Assembly: GCF_963921235.1 (NCBI RefSeq)
Contig: NC_086097.1
Location: 34,164,001-34,228,000 of the forward strand
Length of the DNA: 64,000 bases
Reading direction: 5' to 3'
Source of the DNA: Mobula hypostoma
Taxonomy: Eukaryota
The position numbers and the translations under genes are program-made. The notes under the pieces are model-generated. The model did not search any database. It was not told where the DNA came from and saw only the letters and a program-made list of their open reading frames with translations. The stretch's first letter is position 1. The number at the start of each line of letters is the position of its first letter. Shown here piece by piece: positions 62,383 to 64,000 of this stretch.

Positions 62383-63352
62383 CAGAGCAACACAGACAAA
62401 ACACTGGAGGAACTCAGCAGGCCAGGCAGCATCTATGGAAATGAATAAACTATCAACGTTTCAGGCCAAAGCCCTTCATCAGGACTGGAAAGGAAGGGGG
62501 AAGATGCCAGAATAAAAAGGTGGGGGGAGGAGAAGGACAAACTAAGGTGGTAAGTGAAGCCAGGTGGGTAGGAAATATAAAGGGCTGGAGAAGAAGGAAT
62601 CTGATAGGAGAGGAGAGTGGATCATAGGAGAAAGGGAAGGCGGGGTGGGCGGGTGCTCCAGAGGGAAGTGATAAGCAGTGAAGAGTAGAGGTGAGAGGCC
62701 TGAGTGGGGAAAAGAAAAAGAGGGAAGGGGGAGGGGAAAAGAAAAATTAAAATACTGGAAGGAGAAATCAATGTTGATGTTGTCAGGTTGGAAGCTATCT
62801 AGGCAGAATATGAGGTGTTATTCCTCCACCCTGACAGTGGCCTCAGCGTGCCAAAAGAGGAGGCCATGGACCAATGTGTCGGAACTGGAACAGCGACAGG
62901 AATTAAAATTGTTGGCCTGGAGAAATTGCATCTTTGGCAGATGGAGCAGAGGTACTCGACAAAGTGGACCCCCAACTTACGACAGTCTCACCAAAGTAAA
63001 GGAGGTTGCAGTGGGAGCACCGGATACAATAGATGACCCCAATAGATTCGCAGGTGAAGTGTTGCCTCACCTGGAAGGACTGTGTGGGTCCCTGAATGGA
63101 GGTGAGGGGGGAGGTGAATGGGCAGGTGTGGCATCTCTGTCACTTGCAGGGATAAATGCCAGGAGGGTGATTAGTAGGGAGGGACGAACAGATGAGGGAA
63201 TCATGAAAGGAGCAATCCCTACAGAAAGTGGAGAGTCCAGGGGGGAGGTAAAGATGTGTTTGGTGGTAGGATCCCGTTGAAGGCAGCGGAACTTGCAGAG
63301 AACGATGTGTTGGATGCGGAGGCTCGTGGGGCGGTAGGTGAGGACAAGAGGA
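62383..63352 (-). mobile_element. Penelope-like element 3' part: GIY-YIG endonuclease remnant, pyrimidine-rich UTR, terminal repeat with hammerhead
   Basis: Minus strand IQGPTQSFQVRQHFTCESIGVIYCIRCSHCNLLYFGET..HLIF..QPDNINIDFS; cagtc-CTGATGA-agggctttggcct-GAAAC-GTT at 62450-62487. Confidence 0.88.
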
Positions 63353-63354
63353 AC

Positions 63355-63718
63355 ATGTTATCACTCGTGTATGTCATGATGTTTTTTTAGTTCGTTGCAG
63401 CAGTACAGTCCAAGACATAAAAATTACTGCGAGTTACAACATGCAAAAACATAAATGAGGAATAGCAAGGTTCATGGCCACTCTCCTTGTATTCAGAAAT
63501 CTGATGGCAAGGGGGTAAGTGCTATTCCTAAACTGTGTGTACAAGTGCCTTTAGGCTCCTGTGTCTCCTCCCCGATGGTAGTCATGAGAAGAGGGCATGT
63601 CTCGGATGGTGTGGGCCCTTCATGACGGATACCACCTTCTTGAGGCATCCCCTTTCAAAGATATCCTTGGTGGTGGGAAGGCTTGTGCCCACGACGGAGA
63701 TGGCCGAGTCCACAACCC
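63355..63718 (-). mobile_element. Rex1/Babar 3' fragment
   Basis: VVDSAISVVGTSLPTTKDIF..HHPRHALFS. Confidence 0.8.
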
Positions 63719-64000
63719 CTGGGAGCCCAATGCACTGGTACCTAACTTGGTGGGCAACATGGCAGCAAAGGACCTGATTCCATGCCATGTTACTCTATGG
63801 CACACTTTCCAACCAATCTACTGAACTTCTCAGCTGGTAGAAAGGTACCTTTTGTTCATTGAATCTATCTACACAGATTCTCAAAATGGCAGGGGTCTCA
63901 ATAGCAGTAAGAGCCCACTGTTCATTTCATATGAAAAATATTAAAATTTTGCCCACTCTCCCCTTGTATACAGAGCAATGGTTCAGGAATCTTTTGTAAA

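Noticed and set aside
28717..62490. Recurring palindromic repeats as a CRISPR-like array
   Set aside because: Dispersed, variable in length, with no regular spacers or cas genes, in a eukaryotic context
62678..63280. 200-aa plus-strand ORF
   Set aside because: Antisense to the Penelope GIY-YIG and its purine-rich UTR complement

Overview
Eukaryotic, AT-rich, repeat-dominated DNA, either intergenic or inside a large intron. The repeat content (shark/ray-type CR1 LINEs, Rex1/Babar, HE1/V-SINE-like and Deu-domain SINEs, Penelope terminal repeats) points to a cartilaginous fish, probably a ray; this is inference from recalled families, not a search. I found no convincing host gene exon, and nearly all listed ORFs are transposon fragments or their antisense shadows. 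Main structures: (1) a nested cluster at 2.7-15.4 kb, where a reconstructable full-length CR1 carries a Rex1 fragment, a full-length L1 (12-bp TSD, YY1 motif), a second CR1 and two copies of an unnamed non-coding element with a Rex1-like tail; (2) many short Penelope-derived insertions, several with TSDs, palindromic structure and minimal hammerhead ribozyme cores, plus a Penelope GIY-YIG end; (3) an R4/Dong element in a TAA/TAT tract, a Tigger4/Zombi-like element and a TC1DR3-like element, all candidates for horizontal transfer; (4) a solo LTR, a very decayed Ty3/Gypsy pol relic and a tiny hAT MITE. I see no evidence of a wholly new biological system. The most novel candidates are the hammerhead-bearing palindromic elements and the bipartite Rex1-tailed element. 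Boundaries are read by eye and are approximate unless a TSD or TIR is quoted.
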